A stretch of 64,000 nt of DNA from Naegleria gruberi. Its lineage: Eukaryota. Where the stretch lies: assembly GCA_000004985.1 (NCBI GenBank), contig GG738845.1, one strand, 5' to 3'. The translations under genes and the position numbers were made by a program. Shown here piece after piece: positions 12,001-24,000 of the stretch. Position 1 is the first letter of the stretch. Each line of letters opens with the position of its first letter. The notes under the pieces are model-generated. The model searched no databases, was not told the DNA's origin, and was given only the letters and a program-made list of their open reading frames with translations.

Positions 12001-15000
12001 NNNNNNNNNNNNNNNNNNNNNNNNNNNNNNNNNNNNNNNNNNNNNNNNNNNNNNNNNNNNNNNNNNNNNNNNNNNNNNNNNNNNNNNNNNNNNNNNNNNN
12101 NNNNNNNNNNNNNNNNNNNNNNNNNNNNNNNNNNNNNNNNNNNNNNNNNNNNNNNNNNNNNNNNNNNNNNNNNNNNNNNNNNNNNNNNNNNNNNNNNNNN
12201 NNNNNNNNNNNNNNNNNNNNNNNNNNNNNNNNNNNNNNNNNNNNNNNNNNNNNNNNNNNNNNNNNNNNNNNNNNNNNNNNNNNNNNNNNNNNNNNNNNNN
12301 NNNNNNNNNNNNNNNNNNNNNNNNNNNNNNNNNNNNNNNNNNNNNNNNNNNNNNNNNNNNNNNNNNNNNNNNNNNNNNNNNNNNNNNNNNNNNNNNNNNN
12401 NNNNNNNNNNNNNNNNNNNNNNNNNNNNNNNNNNNNNNNNNNNNNNNNNNNNNNNNNNNNNNNNNNNNNNNNNNNNNNNNNNNNNNNNNNNNNNNNNNNN
12501 NNNNNNNNNNNNNNNNNNNNNNNNNNNNNNNNNNNNNNNNNNNNNNNNNNNNNNNNNNNNNNNNNNNNNNNNNNNNNNNNNNNNNNNNNNNNNNNNNNNN
12601 NNNNNNNNNNNNNNNNNNNNNNNNNNNNNNNNNNNNNNNNNNNNNNNNNNNNNNNNNNNNNNNNNNNNNNNNNNNNNNNNNNNNNNNNNNNNNNNNNNNN
12701 NNNNNNNNNNNNNNNNNNNNNNNNNNNNNNNNNNNNNNNNNNNNNNNNNNNNNNNNNNNNNNNNNNNNNNNNNNNNNNNNNNNNNNNNNNNNNNNNNNNN
12801 NNNNNNNNNNNNNNNNNNNNNNNNNNNNNNNNNNNNNNNNNNNNNNNNNNNNNNNNNNNNNNNNNNNNNNNNNNNNNNNNNNNNNNNNNNNNNNNNNNNN
12901 NNNNNNNNNNNNNNNNNNNNNNNNNNNNNNNNNNNNNNNNNNNNNNNNNNNNNNNNNNNNNNNNNNNNNNNNNNNNNNNNNNNNNNNNNNNNNNNNNNNN
13001 NNNNNNNNNNNNNNNNNNNNNNNNNNNNNNNNNNNNNNNNNNNNNNNNNNNNNNNNNNNNNNNNNNNNNNNNNNNNNNNNNNNNNNNNNNNNNNNNNNNN
13101 NNNNNNNNNNNNNNNNNNNNNNNNNNNNNNNNNNNNNNNNNNNNNNNNNNNNNNNNNNNNNNNNNNNNNNNNNNNNNNNNNNNNNNNNNNNNNNNNNNNN
13201 NNNNNNNNNNNNNNNNNNNNNNNNNNNNNNNNNNNNNNNNNNNNNNNNNNNNNNNNNNNNNNNNNNNNNNNNNNNNNNNNNNNNNNNNNNNNNNNNNNNN
13301 NNNNNNNNNNNNNNNNNNNNNNNNNNNNNNNNNNNNNNNNNNNNNNNNNNNNNNNNNNNNNNNNNNNNNNNNNNNNNNNNNNNNNNNNNNNNNNNNNNNN
13401 NNNNNNNNNNNNNNNNNNNNNNNNNNNNNNNNNNNNNNNNNNNNNNNNNNNNNNNNNNNNNNNNNNNNNNNNNNNNNNNNNNNNNNNNNNNNNNNNNNNN
13501 NNNNNNNNNNNNNNNNNNNNNNNNNNNNNNNNNNNNNNNNNNNNNNNNNNNNNNNNNNNNNNNNNNNNNNNNNNNNNNNNNNNNNNNNNNNNNNNNNNNN
13601 NNNNNNNNNNNNNNNNNNNNNNNNNNNNNNNNNNNNNNNNNNNNNNNNNNNNNNNNNNNNNNNNNNNNNNNNNNNNNNNNNNNNNNNNNNNNNNNNNNNN
13701 NNNNNNNNNNNNNNNNNNNNNNNNNNNNNNNNNNNNNNNNNNNNNNNNNNNNNNNNNNNNNNNNNNNNNNNNNNNNNNNNNNNNNNNNNNNNNNNNNNNN
13801 NNNNNNNNNNNNNNNNNNNNNNNNNNNNNNNNNNNNNNNNNNNNNNNNNNNNNNNNNNNNNNNNNNNNNNNNNNNNNNNNNNNNNNNNNNNNNNNNNNNN
13901 NNNNNNNNNNNNNNNNNNNNNNNNNNNNNNNNNNNNNNNNNNNNNNNNNNNNNNNNNNNNNNNNNNNNNNNNNNNNNNNNNNNNNNNNNNNNNNNNNNNN
14001 NNNNNNNNNNNNNNNNNNNNNNNNNNNNNNNNNNNNNNNNNNNNNNNNNNNNNNNNNNNNNNNNNNNNNNNNNNNNNNNNNNNNNNNNNNNNNNNNNNNN
14101 NNNNNNNNNNNNNNNNNNNNNNNNNNNNNNNNNNNNNNNNNNNNNNNNNNNNNNNNNNNNNNNNNNNNNNNNNNNNNNNNNNNNNNNNNNNNNNNNNNNN
14201 NNNNNNNNNNNNNNNNNNNNNNNNNNNNNNNNNNNNNNNNNNNNNNNNNNNNNNNNNNNNNNNNNNNNNNNNNNNNNNNNNNNNNNNNNNNNNNNNNNNN
14301 NNNNNNNNNNNNNNNNNNNNNNNNNNNNNNNNNNNNNNNNNNNNNNNNNNNNNNNNNNNNNNNNNNNNNNNNNNNNNNNNNNNNNNNNNNNNNNNNNNNN
14401 NNNNNNNNNNNNNNNNNNNNNNNNNNNNNNNNNNNNNNNNNNNNNNNNNNNNNNNNNNNNNNNNNNNNNNNNNNNNNNNNNNNNNNNNNNNNNNNNNNNN
14501 NNNNNNNNNNNNNNNNNNNNNNNNNNNNNNNNNNNNNNNNNNNNNNNNNNNNNNNNNNNNNNNNNNNNNNNNNNNNNNNNNNNNNNNNNNNNNNNNNNNN
14601 NNNNNNNNNNNNNNNNNNNNNNNNNNNNNNNNNNNNNNNNNNNNNNNNNNNNNNNNNNNNNNNNNNNNNNNNNNNNNNNNNNNNNNNNNNNNNNNNNNNN
14701 NNNNNNNNNNNNNNNNNNNNNNNNNNNNNNNNNNNNNNNNNNNNNNNNNNNNNNNNNNNNNNNNNNNNNNNNNNNNNNNNNNNNNNNNNNNNNNNNNNNN
14801 NNNNNNNNNNNNNNNNNNNNNNNNNNNNNNNNNNNNNNNNNNNNNNNNNNNNNNNNNNNNNNNNNNNNNNNNNNNNNNNNNNNNNNNNNNNNNNNNNNNN
14901 NNNNNNNNNNNNNNNNNNNNNNNNNNNNNNNNNNNNNNNNNNNNNNNNNNNNNNNNNNNNNNNNNNNNNNNNNNNNNNNNNNNNNNNNNNNNNNNNNNNN

Positions 15001-18000
15001 NNNNNNNNNNNNNNNNNNNNNNNNNNNNNNNNNNNNNNNNNNNNNNNNNNNNNNNNNNNNNNNNNNNNNNNNNNNNNNNNNNNNNNNNNNNNNNNNNNNN
15101 NNNNNNNNNNNNNNNNNNNNNNNNNNNNNNNNNNNNNNNNNNNNNNNNNNNNNNNNNNNNNNNNNNNNNNNNNNNNNNNNNNNNNNNNNNNNNNNNNNNN
15201 NNNNNNNNNNNNNNNNNNNNNNNNNNNNNNNNNNNNNNNNNNNNNNNNNNNNNNNNNNNNNNNNNNNNNNNNNNNNNNNNNNNNNNNNNNNNNNNNNNNN
15301 NNNNNNNNNNNNNNNNNNNNNNNNNNNNNNNNNNNNNNNNNNNNNNNNNNNNNNNNNNNNNNNNNNNNNNNNNNNNNNNNNNNNNNNNNNNNNNNNNNNN
15401 NNNNNNNNNNNNNNNNNNNNNNNNNNNNNNNNNNNNNNNNNNNNNNNNNNNNNNNNNNNNNNNNNNNNNNNNNNNNNNNNNNNNNNNNNNNNNNNNNNNN
15501 NNNNNNNNNNNNNNNNNNNNNNNNNNNNNNNNNNNNNNNNNNNNNNNNNNNNNNNNNNNNNNNNNNNNNNNNNNNNNNNNNNNNNNNNNNNNNNNNNNNN
15601 NNNNNNNNNNNNNNNNNNNNNNNNNNNNNNNNNNNNNNNNNNNNNNNNNNNNNNNNNNNNNNNNNNNNNNNNNNNNNNNNNNNNNNNNNNNNNNNNNNNN
15701 NNNNNNNNNNNNNNNNNNNNNNNNNNNNNNNNNNNNNNNNNNNNNNNNNNNNNNNNNNNNNNNNNNNNNNNNNNNNNNNNNNNNNNNNNNNNNNNNNNNN
15801 NNNNNNNNNNNNNNNNNNNNNNNNNNNNNNNNNNNNNNNNNNNNNNNNNNNNNNNNNNNNNNNNNNNNNNNNNNNNNNNNNNNNNNNNNNNNNNNNNNNN
15901 NNNNNNNNNNNNNNNNNNNNNNNNNNNNNNNNNNNNNNNNNNNNNNNNNNNNNNNNNNNNNNNNNNNNNNNNNNNNNNNNNNNNNNNNNNNNNNNNNNNN
16001 NNNNNNNNNNNNNNNNNNNNNNNNNNNNNNNNNNNNNNNNNNNNNNNNNNNNNNNNNNNNNNNNNNNNNNNNNNNNNNNNNNNNNNNNNNNNNNNNNNNN
16101 NNNNNNNNNNNNNNNNNNNNNNNNNNNNNNNNNNNNNNNNNNNNNNNNNNNNNNNNNNNNNNNNNNNNNNNNNNNNNNNNNNNNNNNNNNNNNNNNNNNN
16201 NNNNNNNNNNNNNNNNNNNNNNNNNNNNNNNNNNNNNNNNNNNNNNNNNNNNNNNNNNNNNNNNNNNNNNNNNNNNNNNNNNNNNNNNNNNNNNNNNNNN
16301 NNNNNNNNNNNNNNNNNNNNNNNNNNNNNNNNNNNNNNNNNNNNNNNNNNNNNNNNNNNNNNNNNNNNNNNNNNNNNNNNNNNNNNNNNNNNNNNNNNNN
16401 NNNNNNNNNNNNNNNNNNNNNNNNNNNNNNNNNNNNNNNNNNNNNNNNNNNNNNNNNNNNNNNNNNNNNNNNNNNNNNNNNNNNNNNNNNNNNNNNNNNN
16501 NNNNNNNNNNNNNNNNNNNNNNNNNNNNNNNNNNNNNNNNNNNNNNNNNNNNNNNNNNNNNNNNNNNNNNNNNNNNNNNNNNNNNNNNNNNNNNNNNNNN
16601 NNNNNNNNNNNNNNNNNNNNNNNNNNNNNNNNNNNNNNNNNNNNNNNNNNNNNNNNNNNNNNNNNNNNNNNNNNNNNNNNNNNNNNNNNNNNNNNNNNNN
16701 NNNNNNNNNNNNNNNNNNNNNNNNNNNNNNNNNNNNNNNNNNNNNNNNNNNNNNNNNNNNNNNNNNNNNNNNNNNNNNNNNNNNNNNNNNNNNNNNNNNN
16801 NNNNNNNNNNNNNNNNNNNNNNNNNNNNNNNNNNNNNNNNNNNNNNNNNNNNNNNNNNNNNNNNNNNNNNNNNNNNNNNNNNNNNNNNNNNNNNNNNNNN
16901 NNNNNNNNNNNNNNNNNNNNNNNNNNNNNNNNNNNNNNNNNNNNNNNNNNNNNNNNNNNNNNNNNNNNNNNNNNNNNNNNNNNNNNNNNNNNNNNNNNNN
17001 NNNNNNNNNNNNNNNNNNNNNNNNNNNNNNNNNNNNNNNNNNNNNNNNNNNNNNNNNNNNNNNNNNNNNNNNNNNNNNNNNNNNNNNNNNNNNNNNNNNN
17101 NNNNNNNNNNNNNNNNNNNNNNNNNNNNNNNNNNNNNNNNNNNNNNNNNNNNNNNNNNNNNNNNNNNNNNNNNNNNNNNNNNNNNNNNNNNNNNNNNNNN
17201 NNNNNNNNNNNNNNNNNNNNNNNNNNNNNNNNNNNNNNNNNNNNNNNNNNNNNNNNNNNNNNNNNNNNNNNNNNNNNNNNNNNNNNNNNNNNNNNNNNNN
17301 NNNNNNNNNNNNNNNNNNNNNNNNNNNNNNNNNNNNNNNNNNNNNNNNNNNNNNNNNNNNNNNNNNNNNNNNNNNNNNNNNNNNNNNNNNNNNNNNNNNN
17401 NNNNNNNNNNNNNNNNNNNNNNNNNNNNNNNNNNNNNNNNNNNNNNNNNNNNNNNNNNNNNNNNNNNNNNNNNNNNNNNNNNNNNNNNNNNNNNNNNNNN
17501 NNNNNNNNNNNNNNNNNNNNNNNNNNNNNNNNNNNNNNNNNNNNNNNNNNNNNNNNNNNNNNNNNNNNNNNNNNNNNNNNNNNNNNNNNNNNNNNNNNNN
17601 NNNNNNNNNNNNNNNNNNNNNNNNNNNNNNNNNNNNNNNNNNNNNNNNNNNNNNNNNNNNNNNNNNNNNNNNNNNNNNNNNNNNNNNNNNNNNNNNNNNN
17701 NNNNNNNNNNNNNNNNNNNNNNNNNNNNNNNNNNNNNNNNNNNNNNNNNNNNNNNNNNNNNNNNNNNNNNNNNNNNNNNNNNNNNNNNNNNNNNNNNNNN
17801 NNNNNNNNNNNNNNNNNNNNNNNNNNNNNNNNNNNNNNNNNNNNNNNNNNNNNNNNNNNNNNNNNNNNNNNNNNNNNNNNNNNNNNNNNNNNNNNNNNNN
17901 NNNNNNNNNNNNNNNNNNNNNNNNNNNNNNNNNNNNNNNNNNNNNNNNNNNNNNNNNNNNNNNNNNNNNNNNNNNNNNNNNNNNNNNNNNNNNNNNNNNN

Positions 18001-21000
18001 NNNNNNNNNNNNNNNNNNNNNNNNNNNNNNNNNNNNNNNNNNNNNNNNNNNNNNNNNNNNNNNNNNNNNNNNNNNNNNNNNNNNNNNNNNNNNNNNNNNN
18101 NNNNNNNNNNNNNNNNNNNNNNNNNNNNNNNNNNNNNNNNNNNNNNNNNNNNNNNNNNNNNNNNNNNNNNNNNNNNNNNNNNNNNNNNNNNNNNNNNNNN
18201 NNNNNNNNNNNNNNNNNNNNNNNNNNNNNNNNNNNNNNNNNNNNNNNNNNNNNNNNNNNNNNNNNNNNNNNNNNNNNNNNNNNNNNNNNNNNNNNNNNNN
18301 NNNNNNNNNNNNNNNNNNNNNNNNNNNNNNNNNNNNNNNNNNNNNNNNNNNNNNNNNNNNNNNNNNNNNNNNNNNNNNNNNNNNNNNNNNNNNNNNNNNN
18401 NNNNNNNNNNNNNNNNNNNNNNNNNNNNNNNNNNNNNNNNNNNNNNNNNNNNNNNNNNNNNNNNNNNNNNNNNNNNNNNNNNNNNNNNNNNNNNNNNNNN
18501 NNNNNNNNNNNNNNNNNNNNNNNNNNNNNNNNNNNNNNNNNNNNNNNNNNNNNNNNNNNNNNNNNNNNNNNNNNNNNNNNNNNNNNNNNNNNNNNNNNNN
18601 NNNNNNNNNNNNNNNNNNNNNNNNNNNNNNNNNNNNNNNNNNNNNNNNNNNNNNNNNNNNNNNNNNNNNNNNNNNNNNNNNNNNNNNNNNNNNNNNNNNN
18701 NNNNNNNNNNNNNNNNNNNNNNNNNNNNNNNNNNNNNNNNNNNNNNNNNNNNNNNNNNNNNNNNNNNNNNNNNNNNNNNNNNNNNNNNNNNNNNNNNNNN
18801 NNNNNNNNNNNNNNNNNNNNNNNNNNNNNNNNNNNNNNNNNNNNNNNNNNNNNNNNNNNNNNNNNNNNNNNNNNNNNNNNNNNNNNNNNNNNNNNNNNNN
18901 NNNNNNNNNNNNNNNNNNNNNNNNNNNNNNNNNNNNNNNNNNNNNNNNNNNNNNNNNNNNNNNNNNNNNNNNNNNNNNNNNNNNNNNNNNNNNNNNNNNN
19001 NNNNNNNNNNNNNNNNNNNNNNNNNNNNNNNNNNNNNNNNNNNNNNNNNNNNNNNNNNNNNNNNNNNNNNNNNNNNNNNNNNNNNNNNNNNNNNNNNNNN
19101 NNNNNNNNNNNNNNNNNNNNNNNNNNNNNNNNNNNNNNNNNNNNNNNNNNNNNNNNNNNNNNNNNNNNNNNNNNNNNNNNNNNNNNNNNNNNNNNNNNNN
19201 NNNNNNNNNNNNNNNNNNNNNNNNNNNNNNNNNNNNNNNNNNNNNNNNNNNNNNNNNNNNNNNNNNNNNNNNNNNNNNNNNNNNNNNNNNNNNNNNNNNN
19301 NNNNNNNNNNNNNNNNNNNNNNNNNNNNNNNNNNNNNNNNNNNNNNNNNNNNNNNNNNNNNNNNNNNNNNNNNNNNNNNNNNNNNNNNNNNNNNNNNNNN
19401 NNNNNNNNNNNNNNNNNNNNNNNNNNNNNNNNNNNNNNNNNNNNNNNNNNNNNNNNNNNNNNNNNNNNNNNNNNNNNNNNNNNNNNNNNNNNNNNNNNNN
19501 NNNNNNNNNNNNNNNNNNNNNNNNNNNNNNNNNNNNNNNNNNNNNNNNNNNNNNNNNNNNNNNNNNNNNNNNNNNNNNNNNNNNNNNNNNNNNNNNNNNN
19601 NNNNNNNNNNNNNNNNNNNNNNNNNNNNNNNNNNNNNNNNNNNNNNNNNNNNNNNNNNNNNNNNNNNNNNNNNNNNNNNNNNNNNNNNNNNNNNNNNNNN
19701 NNNNNNNNNNNNNNNNNNNNNNNNNNNNNNNNNNNNNNNNNNNNNNNNNNNNNNNNNNNNNNNNNNNNNNNNNNNNNNNNNNNNNNNNNNNNNNNNNNNN
19801 NNNNNNNNNNNNNNNNNNNNNNNNNNNNNNNNNNNNNNNNNNNNNNNNNNNNNNNNNNNNNNNNNNNNNNNNNNNNNNNNNNNNNNNNNNNNNNNNNNNN
19901 NNNNNNNNNNNNNNNNNNNNNNNNNNNNNNNNNNNNNNNNNNNNNNNNNNNNNNNNNNNNNNNNNNNNNNNNNNNNNNNNNNNNNNNNNNNNNNNNNNNN
20001 NNNNNNNNNNNNNNNNNNNNNNNNNNNNNNNNNNNNNNNNNNNNNNNNNNNNNNNNNNNNNNNNNNNNNNNNNNNNNNNNNNNNNNNNNNNNNNNNNNNN
20101 NNNNNNNNNNNNNNNNNNNNNNNNNNNNNNNNNNNNNNNNNNNNNNNNNNNNNNNNNNNNNNNNNNNNNNNNNNNNNNNNNNNNNNNNNNNNNNNNNNNN
20201 NNNNNNNNNNNNNNNNNNNNNNNNNNNNNNNNNNNNNNNNNNNNNNNNNNNNNNNNNNNNNNNNNNNNNNNNNNNNNNNNNNNNNNNNNNNNNNNNNNNN
20301 NNNNNNNNNNNNNNNNNNNNNNNNNNNNNNNNNNNNNNNNNNNNNNNNNNNNNNNNNNNNNNNNNNNNNNNNNNNNNNNNNNNNNNNNNNNNNNNNNNNN
20401 NNNNNNNNNNNNNNNNNNNNNNNNNNNNNNNNNNNNNNNNNNNNNNNNNNNNNNNNNNNNNNNNNNNNNNNNNNNNNNNNNNNNNNNNNNNNNNNNNNNN
20501 NNNNNNNNNNNNNNNNNNNNNNNNNNNNNNNNNNNNNNNNNNNNNNNNNNNNNNNNNNNNNNNNNNNNNNNNNNNNNNNNNNNNNNNNNNNNNNNNNNNN
20601 NNNNNNNNNNNNNNNNNNNNNNNNNNNNNNNNNNNNNNNNNNNNNNNNNNNNNNNNNNNNNNNNNNNNNNNNNNNNNNNNNNNNNNNNNNNNNNNNNNNN
20701 NNNNNNNNNNNNNNNNNNNNNNNNNNNNNNNNNNNNNNNNNNNNNNNNNNNNNNNNNNNNNNNNNNNNNNNNNNNNNNNNNNNNNNNNNNNNNNNNNNNN
20801 NNNNNNNNNNNNNNNNNNNNNNNNNNNNNNNNNNNNNNNNNNNNNNNNNNNNNNNNNNNNNNNNNNNNNNNNNNNNNNNNNNNNNNNNNNNNNNNNNNNN
20901 NNNNNNNNNNNNNNNNNNNNNNNNNNNNNNNNNNNNNNNNNNNNNNNNNNNNNNNNNNNNNNNNNNNNNNNNNNNNNNNNNNNNNNNNNNNNNNNNNNNN

Positions 21001-24000
21001 NNNNNNNNNNNNNNNNNNNNNNNNNNNNNNNNNNNNNNNNNNNNNNNNNNNNNNNNNNNNNNNNNNNNNNNNNNNNNNNNNNNNNNNNNNNNNNNNNNNN
21101 NNNNNNNNNNNNNNNNNNNNNNNNNNNNNNNNNNNNNNNNNNNNNNNNNNNNNNNNNNNNNNNNNNNNNNNNNNNNNNNNNNNNNNNNNNNNNNNNNNNN
21201 NNNNNNNNNNNNNNNNNNNNNNNNNNNNNNNNNNNNNNNNNNNNNNNNNNNNNNNNNNNNNNNNNNNNNNNNNNNNNNNNNNNNNNNNNNNNNNNNNNNN
21301 NNNNNNNNNNNNNNNNNNNNNNNNNNNNNNNNNNNNNNNNNNNNNNNNNNNNNNNNNNNNNNNNNNNNNNNNNNNNNNNNNNNNNNNNNNNNNNNNNNNN
21401 NNNNNNNNNNNNNNNNNNNNNNNNNNNNNNNNNNNNNNNNNNNNNNNNNNNNNNNNNNNNNNNNNNNNNNNNNNNNNNNNNNNNNNNNNNNNNNNNNNNN
21501 NNNNNNNNNNNNNNNNNNNNNNNNNNNNNNNNNNNNNNNNNNNNNNNNNNNNNNNNNNNNNNNNNNNNNNNNNNNNNNNNNNNNNNNNNNNNNNNNNNNN
21601 NNNNNNNNNNNNNNNNNNNNNNNNNNNNNNNNNNNNNNNNNNNNNNNNNNNNNNNNNNNNNNNNNNNNNNNNNNNNNNNNNNNNNNNNNNNNNNNNNNNN
21701 NNNNNNNNNNNNNNNNNNNNNNNNNNNNNNNNNNNNNNNNNNNNNNNNNNNNNNNNNNNNNNNNNNNNNNNNNNNNNNNNNNNNNNNNNNNNNNNNNNNN
21801 NNNNNNNNNNNNNNNNNNNNNNNNNNNNNNNNNNNNNNNNNNNNNNNNNNNNNNNNNNNNNNNNNNNNNNNNNNNNNNNNNNNNNNNNNNNNNNNNNNNN
21901 NNNNNNNNNNNNNNNNNNNNNNNNNNNNNNNNNNNNNNNNNNNNNNNNNNNNNNNNNNNNNNNNNNNNNNNNNNNNNNNNNNNNNNNNNNNNNNNNNNNN
22001 NNNNNNNNNNNNNNNNNNNNNNNNNNNNNNNNNNNNNNNNNNNNNNNNNNNNNNNNNNNNNNNNNNNNNNNNNNNNNNNNNNNNNNNNNNNNNNNNNNNN
22101 NNNNNNNNNNNNNNNNNNNNNNNNNNNNNNNNNNNNNNNNNNNNNNNNNNNNNNNNNNNNNNNNNNNNNNNNNNNNNNNNNNNNNNNNNNNNNNNNNNNN
22201 NNNNNNNNNNNNNNNNNNNNNNNNNNNNNNNNNNNNNNNNNNNNNNNNNNNNNNNNNNNNNNNNNNNNNNNNNNNNNNNNNNNNNNNNNNNNNNNNNNNN
22301 NNNNNNNNNNNNNNNNNNNNNNNNNNNNNNNNNNNNNNNNNNNNNNNNNNNNNNNNNNNNNNNNNNNNNNNNNNNNNNNNNNNNNNNNNNNNNNNNNNNN
22401 NNNNNNNNNNNNNNNNNNNNNNNNNNNNNNNNNNNNNNNNNNNNNNNNNNNNNNNNNNNNNNNNNNNNNNNNNNNNNNNNNNNNNNNNNNNNNNNNNNNN
22501 NNNNNNNNNNNNNNNNNNNNNNNNNNNNNNNNNNNNNNNNNNNNNNNNNNNNNNNNNNNNNNNNNNNNNNNNNNNNNNNNNNNNNNNNNNNNNNNNNNNN
22601 NNNNNNNNNNNNNNNNNNNNNNNNNNNNNNNNNNNNNNNNNNNNNNNNNNNNNNNNNNNNNNNNNNNNNNNNNNNNNNNNNNNNNNNNNNNNNNNNNNNN
22701 NNNNNNNNNNNNNNNNNNNNNNNNNNNNNNNNNNNNNNNNNNNNNNNNNNNNNNNNNNNNNNNNNNNNNNNNNNNNNNNNNNNNNNNNNNNNNNNNNNNN
22801 NNNNNNNNNNNNNNNNNNNNNNNNNNNNNNNNNNNNNNNNNNNNNNNNNNNNNNNNNNNNNNNNNNNNNNNNNNNNNNNNNNNNNNNNNNNNNNNNNNNN
22901 NNNNNNNNNNNNNNNNNNNNNNNNNNNNNNNNNNNNNNNNNNNNNNNNNNNNNNNNNNNNNNNNNNNNNNNNNNNNNNNNNNNNNNNNNNNNNNNNNNNN
23001 NNNNNNNNNNNNNNNNNNNNNNNNNNNNNNNNNNNNNNNNNNNNNNNNNNNNNNNNNNNNNNNNNNNNNNNNNNNNNNNNNNNNNNNNNNNNNNNNNNNN
23101 NNNNNNNNNNNNNNNNNNNNNNNNNNNNNNNNNNNNNNNNNNNNNNNNNNNNNNNNNNNNNNNNNNNNNNNNNNNNNNNNNNNNNNNNNNNNNNNNNNNN
23201 NNNNNNNNNNNNNNNNNNNNNNNNNNNNNNNNNNNNNNNNNNNNNNNNNNNNNNNNNNNNNNNNNNNNNNNNNNNNNNNNNNNNNNNNNNNNNNNNNNNN
23301 NNNNNNNNNNNNNNNNNNNNNNNNNNNNNNNNNNNNNNNNNNNNNNNNNNNNNNNNNNNNNNNNNNNNNNNNNNNNNNNNNNNNNNNNNNNNNNNNNNNN
23401 NNNNNNNNNNNNNNNNNNNNNNNNNNNNNNNNNNNNNNNNNNNNNNNNNNNNNNNNNNNNNNNNNNNNNNNNNNNNNNNNNNNNNNNNNNNNNNNNNNNN
23501 NNNNNNNNNNNNNNNNNNNNNNNNNNNNNNNNNNNNNNNNNNNNNNNNNNNNNNNNNNNNNNNNNNNNNNNNNNNNNNNNNNNNNNNNNNNNNNNNNNNN
23601 NNNNNNNNNNNNNNNNNNNNNNNNNNNNNNNNNNNNNNNNNNNNNNNNNNNNNNNNNNNNNNNNNNNNNNNNNNNNNNNNNNNNNNNNNNNNNNNNNNNN
23701 NNNNNNNNNNNNNNNNNNNNNNNNNNNNNNNNNNNNNNNNNNNNNNNNNNNNNNNNNNNNNNNNNNNNNNNNNNNNNNNNNNNNNNNNNNNNNNNNNNNN
23801 NNNNNNNNNNNNNNNNNNNNNNNNNNNNNNNNNNNNNNNNNNNNNNNNNNNNNNNNNNNNNNNNNNNNNNNNNNNNNNNNNNNNNNNNNNNNNNNNNNNN
23901 NNNNNNNNNNNNNNNNNNNNNNNNNNNNNNNNNNNNNNNNNNNNNNNNNNNNNNNNNNNNNNNNNNNNNNNNNNNNNNNNNNNNNNNNNNNNNNNNNNNN